NCBI GenBank assembly: GCA_913045935.1
Contig: CAJWSY010000003.1
Location: 979-64,978 of the forward strand
Reading direction: 5' to 3'
DNA length: 64,000 nt
Source of the DNA: an uncultured Chloroflexota bacterium
Lineage (GTDB): Bacteria > Chloroflexota > Dehalococcoidia > Lucifugimonadales > GCA-002694895
In this document: in pieces, positions 47,902-58,351 of the stretch
Position numbering within the stretch: position 1 is the first letter of the stretch
Layout of the letters: each line of letters starts with the position of its first letter
Notes under the pieces: model-generated
What the model was told of the DNA's origin: nothing
Seen by the model: the letters and a program-made list of their open reading frames with translations, nothing else
The model's database searches: none
Made by a program: the position numbers and the translations under genes

Positions 47902-48954
47902 ATGTCACGAAAAGGAAAGATTCAAACAGTTAAAGGTGTCATCGATCCAAGCGAATTAGGCATGACTATGACTCATGAACATATATTTATAGAATTTCCT
48001 CCGACTATGGCTGTTCCTCCTGATGAGTCTCATAAAAAACAAGTTTTTTATGAGCCAATTAATCTTCAAAACAGAGGATTAATTTATCACCAAGGTTGGA
48101 AAAATTTAGATGATAGAAGTATTTTAGATTTTGATATTTCAGTTAAAGAAATTTTAAAATACAAGGCTGTGGGTGGTGGTGCAATTGTTGATGCTACAAG
48201 TATAGGACTTTCTAGAGATCCTGAAGGATTATTGAAAGTTTCAAATTTAACTGATATTAACGTTATAATGGGGGCTGCATATTATGTTTATTTAGCTCAT
48301 CCTCCGGAAGTTTCTGAAATGAGTATTGAGGATTTAGCTGCTGTTATAATAAATGACGTTAATATTGGAGTGGGTAAACAACTAATAAAATCAGGGATTA
48401 TTGGAGAAGTCGGATTATCTCATCCTCTACATAAAGATGAAGAAAAGGTCCTAATTGCTTCAGCTGTAGCACAACAAGAAACTGGTGCACCAATTTTGAT
48501 ACACCCTGGTAGAGATGAAAAAGCCCCAATTGTTGCTATAGATATACTAAAAAAATCTGGAGCAAACCTATCTAAAACAATTATGGGTCATTTAGACAGA
48601 ACAGTGTTTGAAAAAGAAACATTATTACAAATTGCTGAATCTGGATGTTATTTAGAGTGGGATTTATTTGGACAGGAAAATCATTATTACAGCGCTAATG
48701 AAAACATAGATATGCCTTCTGATGCTAAAAGAATGTATGATATTTTATGGTTAATTGAACAAGGATATGAATCCAAAATACTGATTGCTCATGATATATG
48801 TGCAAAACATCAATTAGAAGAATATGGAGGATGGGGTTATAGTTATATCCCTTCATTTATTGTTCCAAGAATGAAAGACAAGGGATATACAGATTCAATG
48901 ATTGAATCAATATTATATAAAAACCCTTCTGAAGCATTACAATTCTTTAAATAA
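47902..48954 (+). CDS. Phosphotriesterase-related protein (PTER/Php family amidohydrolase)
   Basis: 350 aa. It has the GMTMTHEHI metal-binding start, IGEVG and the HxH-type ligands of the family. Confidence 0.85.
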   Translation: MSRKGKIQTVKGVIDPSELGMTMTHEHIFIEFPPTMAVPPDESHKKQVFYEPINLQNRGLIYHQGWKNLDDRSILDFDISVKEILKYKAVGGGAIVDATSIGLSRDPEGLLKVSNLTDINVIMGAAYYVYLAHPPEVSEMSIEDLAAVIINDVNIGVGKQLIKSGIIGEVGLSHPLHKDEEKVLIASAVAQQETGAPILIHPGRDEKAPIVAIDILKKSGANLSKTIMGHLDRTVFEKETLLQIAESGCYLEWDLFGQENHYYSANENIDMPSDAKRMYDILWLIEQGYESKILIAHDICAKHQLEEYGGWGYSYIPSFIVPRMKDKGYTDSMIESILYKNPSEALQFFK

Positions 48955-48957
48955 ATA

Positions 48958-50616
48958 ATGAAACAAACAGGTTCTGAATATATAGCAGATTTTCTTGAAT
49001 CAAAAAATATAGATACAATTTTCACGGTAGCTGGTGACCATATATTACATATTATGGATATTTTATCTAAAAGAGGATTTAAATTTATTGATACAAGACA
49101 CGAACAAGCTGCCGTTGATATGGCAAATGCGTGGGGAAGAATAAAACAAAAACCTGGTATTACTATGTTTACCACACCAGGACATGCCAACGCTATTCCT
49201 GGACTTACTTTAGCACATCAACAACTTAGTCCTATAATAAATATAACAGGTTGTGCTGATAGTAAGCTACTTGGTATGGGCGCTGCTCAGGAAATAGATC
49301 AAGTTGGCATGGCGAAACCTGTTACAAAAAGATCTGAAATTATTCTTAACGGGAATCAAATTGTATCTAATTTAGAAGCTAGTTATCAAATAAGTTTGTC
49401 TGGAAGAAGAGGACCTACTCATTTAACGATTCCTACAAATTTGCAATCGCAATCATATGATAAAAATGATATGTCTTTTCAATCTAGAATAAATGGATCT
49501 TCTGTTATCAATCCTGATTTTTCACATCAAAAAATCATTGAATATTTAAAAAAATCAAGTAATCCGATTATCATTTTAGGAAATGGAGCACATGATGTTT
49601 TATCTGATGAAATAATTAATTTGGTTGAAACTTTAAATATTCCAATATTAACTGAAATGAGTGCAAGAGGAATTATTCCAGACAGTCATTATTTATGTTT
49701 TGGATTGTCAGATCAAAGAGCAAATCCAATTGCAAGAGTAATTTCTGAATCAGATTTGGTTATATTACTTGGTAAAGAATTAGATTTTACTTTAGACTTT
49801 GGTAACCATCCTGTTATTTCCAAATCATCTTATATTATACAAGTTGATCCAGATGAACAAATATTGAGCCGATCTAAGAGAGCGGATCTTTCAATATTAT
49901 CATCAGTTGGAAACTTTGTTTCACAAATAGTTCGGAATTTGAATTATTATAAAGACTATAAAAAATCACCAGATATTTTAAAATCTTTAGAAATAGAGTC
50001 TCAAAACCATCATTCTAGCTTGGAGAAATATAGGAATGATATTGAATCGATTCACTCAATGGATATTCATTTTGCATTAAATAAAATGTTGGATGAAAAA
50101 TCATGCATGGTATTTGAAGGGAGTGATTTTGCTTTTTACGGAGCTTCTTATTATCCTGCAAATGAAAGAGATAGATGGTTCGTTAATGGTGTTTTAGGTA
50201 TGATAGGATGGGGAGTCCCTTTTGGAATTGGAGCTAAAGTGGCATTACCTGACGAAGAAGTAATTGTTTTTACAGGGGATGGTGCTTCTGGTTTTAATTT
50301 AATGGAAATTGACACAGCTGTAAGGAATAATGTGAATGTAAAAATTATTATTGGATGCGATTCTGTTTGGGGTATAGATTATCACCAACAAGTCCAATTT
50401 TTTGACAACCCTGTGGCTACCAACTTAAACTTTGTTAATTATGAAAATATAGCAAAAGCAACAGGAGCATATGGAGATTTGATTGAAAAAAAATCCGAAT
50501 TAAATTCAAAGCTATCAAAATTTTTAGCTCATAAAGGTCCTGGGATTTTAAATATTAAAACTAATCCATCTCCAAGTCCATTAACTCAATACATAATGGA
50601 TAATAAGGAATACTAA
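48958..50616 (+). CDS. Thiamine diphosphate-dependent enzyme (acetolactate synthase / oxalyl-CoA decarboxylase-like)
   Basis: 552 aa. It carries DTRHEQAAVDMANAWGR and the ThDP motif GDGASGFNLMEIDTA...GCDSVWG. It starts 3 nt after the PTER gene stop. Confidence 0.8.
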   Translation: MKQTGSEYIADFLESKNIDTIFTVAGDHILHIMDILSKRGFKFIDTRHEQAAVDMANAWGRIKQKPGITMFTTPGHANAIPGLTLAHQQLSPIINITGCADSKLLGMGAAQEIDQVGMAKPVTKRSEIILNGNQIVSNLEASYQISLSGRRGPTHLTIPTNLQSQSYDKNDMSFQSRINGSSVINPDFSHQKIIEYLKKSSNPIIILGNGAHDVLSDEIINLVETLNIPILTEMSARGIIPDSHYLCFGLSDQRANPIARVISESDLVILLGKELDFTLDFGNHPVISKSSYIIQVDPDEQILSRSKRADLSILSSVGNFVSQIVRNLNYYKDYKKSPDILKSLEIESQNHHSSLEKYRNDIESIHSMDIHFALNKMLDEKSCMVFEGSDFAFYGASYYPANERDRWFVNGVLGMIGWGVPFGIGAKVALPDEEVIVFTGDGASGFNLMEIDTAVRNNVNVKIIIGCDSVWGIDYHQQVQFFDNPVATNLNFVNYENIAKATGAYGDLIEKKSELNSKLSKFLAHKGPGILNIKTNPSPSPLTQYIMDNKEY

Positions 50617-52212
50617 TTATCCTTCATAAACAGTTTTTCCACCAATAACAGTTTTGACAACTTTGATATCTTTTATTGCAAAAGGATCAACTTGCGTGAT
50701 ATCTTCATCAAGAACAACAAAGTCGGCAAGTTTGTTTAATGATATCGAACCTTTAATATTTTCTTCGAAAGCAGCCCGGGCACCATTCAGTGTATATATT
50801 TTTAAAGCTTGATCGATATTTATCTTTTGGCTTGGACCCCAAAGCTTACCATTTGAATCAGTTCTTGTTATACAACTCTGTATTCCCATTAGTGGAGGGT
50901 ATGGTCCGGGAGGATAATCAGTTGCTCCAGTAGAATTTACACCGTATTCTATAAATGATTTTTGAGCAAACATCCATTCTAAACGTTCTTCTCCATAAAA
51001 TTGCATTTTTTCTCCATGGTAAAAAACGTAAGTGCAAAATGGTGTTGCTTGCACATCATTTTTTGCCATTCGTGTTAATATTTCAGGATTTACCAAGGTG
51101 CAATGTTCTATTCTGTGCCTAGTATCTTTTAAAGGATTAAGATCTAATGCTTTTTCATATGAATTTAAAACCATTGAAATAGCAGAATCGCCATTAGCAT
51201 GTACTGCTACCTGGAAACCTGCATTATGCATTTGAATAACCTGGTCGTCTAATTCTTCTTGACTCATGGCTTGGATCCCACAATCGTGATCTGATCCAAT
51301 ATAAGGTTGAGAAAGCCATGCAGTTCTTGCAGCAATAGCTCCGTCAGATGTCATTTTAATTCCACCAACTTTTAGCATTTCACTTCCAAAGCCTGTTTTA
51401 ACACCTGCATCTCTTAAACTTGGAAATAAATCTTGAGCCATTAGCATATATACCCTTAGCCCCAAATAATCATTTTTTTCACCATCTTGATACGTAAGAA
51501 ATTCATCTTGGCTGACTCGAGCATCGTGAACACTTGTTAATCCTGATGAATTTAACATGGAGCTAATTTGTTTTAATCCCTCAGTTCTTTCTTTATCAGA
51601 TATTCTGGGTAGCAATTCTCGAGTTGGCTCTATTGCTCTCTCGTAAACCACTCCATTTAATTCACCAGTATTTTTGTCTCTTCCTAATTTTCCACCATGA
51701 GGGTCTTCAGATTCATGATGATACCCAGAAAGTTCTAAAGCTTTTGAATTCATATAATATACATGACCAGCTCTGTGAGATACCATTATTGGGTGGTCTA
51801 ATGAAATTGAATCTAAATCTTGTCGGTAAAGATCTCTATTTTCTTTTATTTTAGTATCGTCATATTTAAATCCTTGAACCCATTCTCCTTTCGGCGTATT
51901 ACTAGCTTGTTTCTTTAAAAGCCCTGAAACTTCTTCTATATCTTTTACAGTACAGTCTGCAGCCATAACGTGTCTTATACCACTACTTAATACATGAATA
52001 TGCGCATCAATAAGACCAGGGATTATTGTTCTACCTTCGGCGTCATAAATTTTTGTATTTGGCGATGCTATGTTTTGAATATCTGCGTTACTTCCAATTG
52101 CAACAAATTTTCCATTTGATATTGCAAAAGCTTCTGCTCTAGGTAATGCTTCATCTATTGTGATTACATTAGCATTTTTAACTATCAAGTCAGGTATAGA
52201 TTGATTTGTCAT
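50617..52212 (-). CDS. Amidohydrolase (amidohydrolase-3 / YtcJ-like)
   Basis: 531 aa. Motifs are PGLIDAHIHV, VHANGD and RIEHC. Confidence 0.8.
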   Translation of the reverse strand: MTNQSIPDLIVKNANVITIDEALPRAEAFAISNGKFVAIGSNADIQNIASPNTKIYDAEGRTIIPGLIDAHIHVLSSGIRHVMAADCTVKDIEEVSGLLKKQASNTPKGEWVQGFKYDDTKIKENRDLYRQDLDSISLDHPIMVSHRAGHVYYMNSKALELSGYHHESEDPHGGKLGRDKNTGELNGVVYERAIEPTRELLPRISDKERTEGLKQISSMLNSSGLTSVHDARVSQDEFLTYQDGEKNDYLGLRVYMLMAQDLFPSLRDAGVKTGFGSEMLKVGGIKMTSDGAIAARTAWLSQPYIGSDHDCGIQAMSQEELDDQVIQMHNAGFQVAVHANGDSAISMVLNSYEKALDLNPLKDTRHRIEHCTLVNPEILTRMAKNDVQATPFCTYVFYHGEKMQFYGEERLEWMFAQKSFIEYGVNSTGATDYPPGPYPPLMGIQSCITRTDSNGKLWGPSQKINIDQALKIYTLNGARAAFEENIKGSISLNKLADFVVLDEDITQVDPFAIKDIKVVKTVIGGKTVYEG

Positions 52213-52381
52213 ATTAATATCTCCATTTGATTATGAAGATATTAATATGATTTATTTTCAAAGTCAATTCTAGACCTAATCTTTAATTTTGAACTTTAAT
52301 AATTTAATCATTATATTTTTTTATTTTTAATTCAGTAATATAATGAACTTTATATAAGCGTAATTAGTTGGAGAGTGAAGT

Positions 52382-53263
52382 ATGAAAAATTTGAAAGATA
52401 AAGTTGTTTTGGTAACAGGTGCTAGCAGAGGTATAGGGCAATATATATCCCAGGAATTCGCAAAGAGAGGTTCTAAAGTTATTTGTGTTGCTAGAACAAT
52501 GACTGACGGAGAGCATCCATTACAAGGATCTTTAACTAAAACTATTGAAAAAATAAGATCTGAAGATGGTGAAGCTACGGCTTTGTCAGCTAATATTTCT
52601 GATTTTGAACAATGCGAACAACTAATTGATCAGGCAAAAAATATCTACGGACCAATCGATATTTTAGTAAACAATGCTGCGTTGACTTATTTTGTACCTG
52701 TGAGAGAATACGTTTTAAAGAGATGGCTGAAATCTTGGGAAGTTAATTTACATGCTCCATTTTATCTAAGCCATCTTGTTTTAGATGACATGATATCTAA
52801 AAAAGAAGGCAGTATTGTTAATGTATCCTCAGCAGCAGCAGTTGGCCCAGGTTCAGGGCCTTATAAAGATCAAGAAAATGAAGATATCCAAAATAAACCT
52901 AGAAAAAAAGGTGGAGGAACTTGTTATGGTGCACAGAAGGCTGCATTAGAGAGATTTACTCAAGGCTTAGCTGAAGAAGTTTACGAATTTGGAATTTCTG
53001 TAACTTGCGTTTCTCCAAGCTTGGTTGTCCCTACACCTGGAACTGTATTCCATAATTTGGTTTCAGGATTTGATGATCCTAAGGGTGAACATCCAGAATT
53101 GATGGCAAAAGCAGTAGTTTTACTTGCAGAATTAGAAAAAGAAAAGATATCAGGAAGAGTAACCTACAGTCAAGAAATATTACATGAATTTGGTTTTTTG
53201 GATGATGCCAGAGGAAGAGGTGTAGACCCAGATATTCCTGTATCCGGTTTTAGTAGAGCTTAA
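52382..53263 (+). CDS. Short-chain dehydrogenase/reductase
   Basis: 293 aa. Motifs are VLVTGASRGIG, NNAA and YGAQK. Confidence 0.8.
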   Translation: MKNLKDKVVLVTGASRGIGQYISQEFAKRGSKVICVARTMTDGEHPLQGSLTKTIEKIRSEDGEATALSANISDFEQCEQLIDQAKNIYGPIDILVNNAALTYFVPVREYVLKRWLKSWEVNLHAPFYLSHLVLDDMISKKEGSIVNVSSAAAVGPGSGPYKDQENEDIQNKPRKKGGGTCYGAQKAALERFTQGLAEEVYEFGISVTCVSPSLVVPTPGTVFHNLVSGFDDPKGEHPELMAKAVVLLAELEKEKISGRVTYSQEILHEFGFLDDARGRGVDPDIPVSGFSRA

Positions 53264-53296
53264 TTATTAAATGATGTTATAATATTTTCTTACTAT

Positions 53297-53372
53297 GCGG
53301 GAGTAACTCAGCGGCTAGAGTATCTGCCTTCCAAGCAGAAGGTCGCCGGTTCGAATCCGGTCTCCCGCTCCA
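53297..53372 (+). tRNA. tRNA-Gly (anticodon UCC)
   Basis: The cloverleaf reads GCGGGAG-TA-ACTC-AGCGGCTA-GAGT-A-TCTGC-CTTCCAA-GCAGA-AGGTC-GCCGG-TTCGAAT-CCGGT-CTCCCGC-T-CCA. CCA is encoded. Confidence 0.95.
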
Positions 53373-53431
53373 TTTTCTTTCTGAATAGTTAAATAATTAG
53401 TTTTGTAGTAGGTTTTCCTAACAATATTAAA

Positions 53432-54565
53432 TTAAAAATCTGCTACAGAGCCATCATCTGAAATAGGTGTATCTAATATTTTTTCTTGAAAAGGATATTT
53501 AGACATACTTTCTTCATTTAGAGTTATCCCTAATCCAGGTTCATTAGGTACTAATAAATACCCATTTTCTAATTTTAGTTTATTTAATAACAATTCACTT
53601 TTAGGCGATTCAGATTCACCGGTATACTCTTGTAATGCAAAATTTGGAATGCATGCATCTAATTGTACACAAGCAGCTGTGCTGATTGGGCTAAGAGGGT
53701 TGTGAGGTATTACTTTAACATGAAATGATTCAGCTATAGATGCAACTTTCTTGGATCCAGAAAGACCTCCACATAAACAGACATCGGGTCTAACAAAATC
53801 ACAACCTTTATTTTCTAGAAGTTGTTGATATTCAAAAATAGTAGAGAATCTTTCTCCAGTGGCTATTGGAATATTAATAGACTTTTTAATATCAGCCATT
53901 ATAGCAGGACTGTCAGGTAGCATGGGATCTTCATAAAAATATGGATTGAATTGTTCTAATCTTCTTCCTAAAGCTATGGATTCTGTGGGATTCATTTGTC
54001 TATGTATTTCTACACAAATGTCTATGTCTGGCCCTACCGATTCTCTTACTGCTTTAACTCTTTCAACAGCTTCATTGGACCATTTAGAATATGATTTGTG
54101 TAACCAATGATTAGGTGCAAAAGCACTAAATCTGACAGCACTAAATCCTTCATTTACAGCTTTTTTTGCATCCTTATAAAGTGATTCGGGGGTATCACCA
54201 TTAATATGTATATAACATCTTACTTTATCTCTAACTTTGCCACCCATTAATTCATATATGGGTACACCCAATCGTTTCCCTTTAATATCCCACAGAGCAA
54301 TATCTATTGCTGATAATGCTCCATTAATTACAGAGCCCATGAAATGAGAGTTACGATACAGAAATTGGTAATGGTGTTCAATTAAGTCAGGATTTTTCCC
54401 TATCAGATATGGCTCACATACCTTGATCATTGTTTCTGTAGGTCTTTGCCATCCATGAACTCCTGCTTCTCCTATGCCTACTGTCCCATCTTCACAATGA
54501 ATTTTTAATATTAACCAGCGAGACCATAAGATTGTTTCTATTTTTTCAATTTTAGTTACTTTCAT
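53432..54565 (-). CDS. dgoD: Enolase-superfamily dehydratase, D-galactonate dehydratase-like
   Basis: 377 aa. Start, middle and end parallel E. coli DgoD as I recall it: MKVTKIE...RWLILKIHCEDGTVGIGE, ALWDIKGKRLGVPIYELMGG and the C-terminal DDGSVADF. The substrate is not proven. Confidence 0.7.
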   Translation of the reverse strand: MKVTKIEKIETILWSRWLILKIHCEDGTVGIGEAGVHGWQRPTETMIKVCEPYLIGKNPDLIEHHYQFLYRNSHFMGSVINGALSAIDIALWDIKGKRLGVPIYELMGGKVRDKVRCYIHINGDTPESLYKDAKKAVNEGFSAVRFSAFAPNHWLHKSYSKWSNEAVERVKAVRESVGPDIDICVEIHRQMNPTESIALGRRLEQFNPYFYEDPMLPDSPAIMADIKKSINIPIATGERFSTIFEYQQLLENKGCDFVRPDVCLCGGLSGSKKVASIAESFHVKVIPHNPLSPISTAACVQLDACIPNFALQEYTGESESPKSELLLNKLKLENGYLLVPNEPGLGITLNEESMSKYPFQEKILDTPISDDGSVADF

Positions 54566-54754
54566 TTCTAGCTCTCTTTTTTTAAATACTATTAATTATA
54601 AATCTGGCTAATATAAGTATTTATTTTATTGTGTGAATTATGAGATATTTATTTTGTTGAATCAAGTTCAATATGTTCTAGTTTTAAACTATATTCTATT
54701 AATAGAATTTGATTAGTTATATAATAATTATTTAGATCACACATCTCAGATTAA

Positions 54755-55978
54755 TTGAGCAATATATTAAATTATTCAAAAAAAATAAGTTTGGTTTTTC
54801 TTGGCTTTCTTTTCGCATTCATTATATTAGAATTATGTGTGAGAATTCTTTTTAGTGTTTTACCTGATCAATATTTACCTTCTTATGGAATATATCAAAG
54901 TACTGATCCTGTAGTAGGTCCAAAATTAATTCCAGAATCAAGAGGTATTTGGAATAAGGAAGGTTTCTCTAAAGTTGAAATCAATTCTAAAGGTTGGAAT
55001 GATTTTGAAAGACAATACAATAAACCGCAAGATGTAGTTAGAGTGGCAATTGTTGGAGATTCATTTATTGAGGCTCTTCAAGTTCCTAAAACAGATTCTG
55101 TAGCTTCCAAACTAGAATCATGGCTAGATGTGAACTGTAAATACAAAATGGATGATATTAGATATGAAGTACTATCATTTGGAGCATCTGGTTGGGGCAC
55201 AACACAAATGCATTTAGCAATTAACAACGAAATTATTCAATATGATCCAGATTTCGTAATTATGGCTTTTTTCCCTGGCAATGATTTGAAAAATAATATT
55301 TATGAATTGGAATTAAATTCTAATAGACCTTATTTCAAAATAGAAAATGGATCATTAATCCAATCGTCATTTCCAACTATAAATAATAGTTTTAAGAGAT
55401 CTGTATATACATTTTTACGGGATAATTTTTTAATGATCCAGTTAATTCGAGAGCCTATAGTAAATATATTTTGGGAATTTTCTCGTGAAGAAAAAATAAA
55501 AGAATCAAATTCTGAAGGCAAATCTAATTATTCTGATAGATTAGAGTTAATAGACAGAGGTACGTGGGGTAATGATTTAGATAATGAATTTGTTGAATAT
55601 TCTTGGAATTTGTTTGAATTAATCCTTTTAAAAACTAAAGAAGATTTGAATGATAAAAACATTGAATTTATTACTCTTGTGGTATCTAGAGGCGAAGTTG
55701 TTGATAATCGTAAAAATGAAGTCGAGCAATGGGCTATAAAAAATAATTATTCAAATATATTTTACCCTGAAGATAGAGTAGAAAATTTCGGTAAAAAAAA
55801 TGATATCCCTGTTATTGCTATTTCTCGTATGATGACTGATTTGAATTGGGATCTTAGTAAAGAAATTGCATACTTTCATGGTTTTGGTCATAATTTAGGT
55901 GGAGGGCATTGGAATAAAAATGGTCACAACCTAACTAGTTCAATAATTGGGGAGAAAATTTGTGGTTTAAGAAAATAA
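54755..55978 (+). CDS. Membrane-anchored SGNH/GDSL-type hydrolase or O-acyltransferase-like protein
   Basis: 407 aa with a TTG start and an N-terminal TM helix. SGNH blocks are VAIVGDSFIE, GASGWG, FFPGNDL and GGGHWNKNGH. Confidence 0.55.
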   Translation: MSNILNYSKKISLVFLGFLFAFIILELCVRILFSVLPDQYLPSYGIYQSTDPVVGPKLIPESRGIWNKEGFSKVEINSKGWNDFERQYNKPQDVVRVAIVGDSFIEALQVPKTDSVASKLESWLDVNCKYKMDDIRYEVLSFGASGWGTTQMHLAINNEIIQYDPDFVIMAFFPGNDLKNNIYELELNSNRPYFKIENGSLIQSSFPTINNSFKRSVYTFLRDNFLMIQLIREPIVNIFWEFSREEKIKESNSEGKSNYSDRLELIDRGTWGNDLDNEFVEYSWNLFELILLKTKEDLNDKNIEFITLVVSRGEVVDNRKNEVEQWAIKNNYSNIFYPEDRVENFGKKNDIPVIAISRMMTDLNWDLSKEIAYFHGFGHNLGGGHWNKNGHNLTSSIIGEKICGLRK

Positions 55979-56575
55979 CTAAGAAATCGTTCCTTTTGTT
56001 GAAGGGATAGAATTTCTTCTTGGATCTAAAGTTAATGCATTTTTTAAAACAATACCAAGAGATTTGAACATTGCTTCAGAAATATGATGATTGTTAACAC
56101 CTTCTAATATTGTGGTAAACAAATTACAGTTTGCTTCTCTGCTAAATGTTTCTAGAAAATGTGTAATTAGGGACCCGCTTAATTCTCCTAAATCTGAATC
56201 ACCAATATACCCGGACAATTTGAAGTAACCTCGTCCACCAAAATCTATTACATTTCGCACTAAGGTTTCATCCAAAGGAACATAGGCATGACTTGTCCTT
56301 GTAATGCCTTTCCCATCACCTATACATTTAGAAAAAGATTGTCCAAGAATAATCCCTAAGTCTTCAACTACATGGTGCCACCCAAGTCCGCTATCTCCGC
56401 TTACAAGTTGAATATCTAAATCTATAAGTCCGTGCTTGGACAATTGTGAAAGCATGTGATCAAACATTTCATTACCAGTATTGATATTTGAATTACCATT
56501 ACCATCAATATTTAATGATATTTCAATATTTGTTTCGTTAGTTTTTCTTGAATGTTTTATTTTTCTATCTGGCAT
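55979..56575 (-). CDS. hisB: Imidazoleglycerol-phosphate dehydratase
   Basis: 198 aa. Motifs are FDHMLSQL and GWHHVVEDLGI. Confidence 0.93.
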   Translation of the reverse strand: MPDRKIKHSRKTNETNIEISLNIDGNGNSNINTGNEMFDHMLSQLSKHGLIDLDIQLVSGDSGLGWHHVVEDLGIILGQSFSKCIGDGKGITRTSHAYVPLDETLVRNVIDFGGRGYFKLSGYIGDSDLGELSGSLITHFLETFSREANCNLFTTILEGVNNHHISEAMFKSLGIVLKNALTLDPRRNSIPSTKGTIS

Positions 56576-56656
56576 ATCTATTAAATAAATTAATTTTAGG
56601 AAGGTTATTATACATTTAATTTAACTGTATACAATATAGTTTTATAGTTTCTAAAT

Positions 56657-57622
56657 TTAATTTTTTAATAATTTTTCAACGTTAAGAGTTTTATTAAAAA
56701 CCAACTTATTTTCGATAACAGTTATGCCTTCAGCAGAAATATCCTCTAGATGGTTAATTGCTAGATCTAAATTTGTGTTTTCAACAATAATTGTTACAGC
56801 ATACCAGTTTTTTTGATCATTGGAATATACTTTTGCTATTGTTGGTCCAATCACACCACTGAGATAATTGTATTCTTTTAATTGATTGAATAGTGCATTT
56901 TCATCTTTTGATTCTATATTGAATATGATGGTATTATATTTTTTGGAATTTAAGTACCCGTTTATAAACCTTAAAATCTTCTTTGCTGATTCAAATTTGT
57001 CATTAGAAGCTTTAATTGAAGAGTTGTTCATTATCATGCATGCCTCTGAAAAAAGTATGTAGCCGTCATTTAATATTTTCAAATTATTAGCTCTAATAGT
57101 ATTTCCTGTTGCACTAATATCAACAATAATATCTGCAATTCCCATTTCAGGAGCAACTTCTACTGATCCACTAGTATGAATGAGTTCGTATGATTCGATC
57201 TCATTTTGAGATAAAAATTTTGCAGTTAATACAGGATACTTTGTTGCAATTCTAAGTTTTTGAGTTTTGGAATGTTTTAATAAATCTTTTGTATTATTAA
57301 CTTCGTCCCATTTTTGAGGTACTGCAACAACCAGTTCACAATTTCCGTAACCCATTTTTTCAATAATAATTTTAGTGTTTGAAGCTTTATCATTTTCTAA
57401 ATACCTATCAAGACCTAAGATTCCTATATCAGCGATATTTTTGTTAACAGAATCAGAGATGTCTGATTGTCTTTGGAAAATTATTTTTATATTTTTGTCA
57501 AAATGTGTTTTTCCTGTGTAAGACCTAGAATTTGATCTTTCAATAGAAATACCTGCATTATTAAAAAATTCAATAGTTGATTGATATAACGGCCCACTTG
57601 ATGGCAGTGCAATTGATAGCAT
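56657..57622 (-). CDS. hisG: ATP phosphoribosyltransferase (long form with C-terminal regulatory domain)
   Basis: 321 aa. It carries LSIALPSSGPL...QRQSDISDSVNKNIADIGILGLD and ATGNTIRANNL, plus an extra C-terminal alpha/beta domain. Confidence 0.85.
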   Translation of the reverse strand: MLSIALPSSGPLYQSTIEFFNNAGISIERSNSRSYTGKTHFDKNIKIIFQRQSDISDSVNKNIADIGILGLDRYLENDKASNTKIIIEKMGYGNCELVVAVPQKWDEVNNTKDLLKHSKTQKLRIATKYPVLTAKFLSQNEIESYELIHTSGSVEVAPEMGIADIIVDISATGNTIRANNLKILNDGYILFSEACMIMNNSSIKASNDKFESAKKILRFINGYLNSKKYNTIIFNIESKDENALFNQLKEYNYLSGVIGPTIAKVYSNDQKNWYAVTIIVENTNLDLAINHLEDISAEGITVIENKLVFNKTLNVEKLLKN

Positions 57623-57734
57623 AATTATGTAATTTCATTGATTTATATTGAAGAATTAGTTTCTCATTATGGATAATAATAGTCAATGTTACATATAATG
57701 AATCATTAATAAATTAATAAATATTGAGTTAAAA

Positions 57735-58343
57735 TTGAAAATACATATAGTAGATTATGATTCGGGGAATTTAGAAAGTATTAGAAATGCATTAACTAAA
57801 GTTGGATGCAGCCATACTACCACAAATAATCCTAAAGAATTAAGAAAAGCTAAAGCTGTAATTTTCCCAGGACAAGGATCATTTCCGTCTGCACTAAAAA
57901 AATTACATCAATATGATATGGTTGAAACTATCAAATCACTGGTAGTGCAAGGTATTCCATTTTTAGGTATTTGTTTAGGTTTACAGTTGATGTTTGATTC
58001 TTCTGATGAAGGCAAAATGAATGGATTAGGACTTTTTGAGGGAACAGTTCCTAAAATATCTAATTCCGTAAAAGTTCCACAAATTGGATGGAATAAGGTT
58101 AAAATTAACAACTCAAATATTATTTTTGATAATATCCCAGATAATTCTTATTTTTATTTTCTTCATAGCTACTACGTTAACCCCAAATCGAAAAATAATA
58201 TTATTGGATTTACTGATTATGGGATTGAATATTGCTCAGCCTATTCACAAAACAATTATGTTGGAGTTCAATTCCACCCCGAAAAAAGCGGTCAATTAGG
58301 ACTGAAAATTTTTGATAATTTTATTAATAAATTTGTAGTTTAA
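57735..58343 (+). CDS. hisH: Imidazole glycerol phosphate synthase, glutaminase subunit
   Basis: 202 aa with a TTG start. It has the catalytic GICLGLQ and QFHPEKSG. Confidence 0.93.
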   Translation: MKIHIVDYDSGNLESIRNALTKVGCSHTTTNNPKELRKAKAVIFPGQGSFPSALKKLHQYDMVETIKSLVVQGIPFLGICLGLQLMFDSSDEGKMNGLGLFEGTVPKISNSVKVPQIGWNKVKINNSNIIFDNIPDNSYFYFLHSYYVNPKSKNNIIGFTDYGIEYCSAYSQNNYVGVQFHPEKSGQLGLKIFDNFINKFVV

Positions 58344-58351
58344 AGTAAGAC

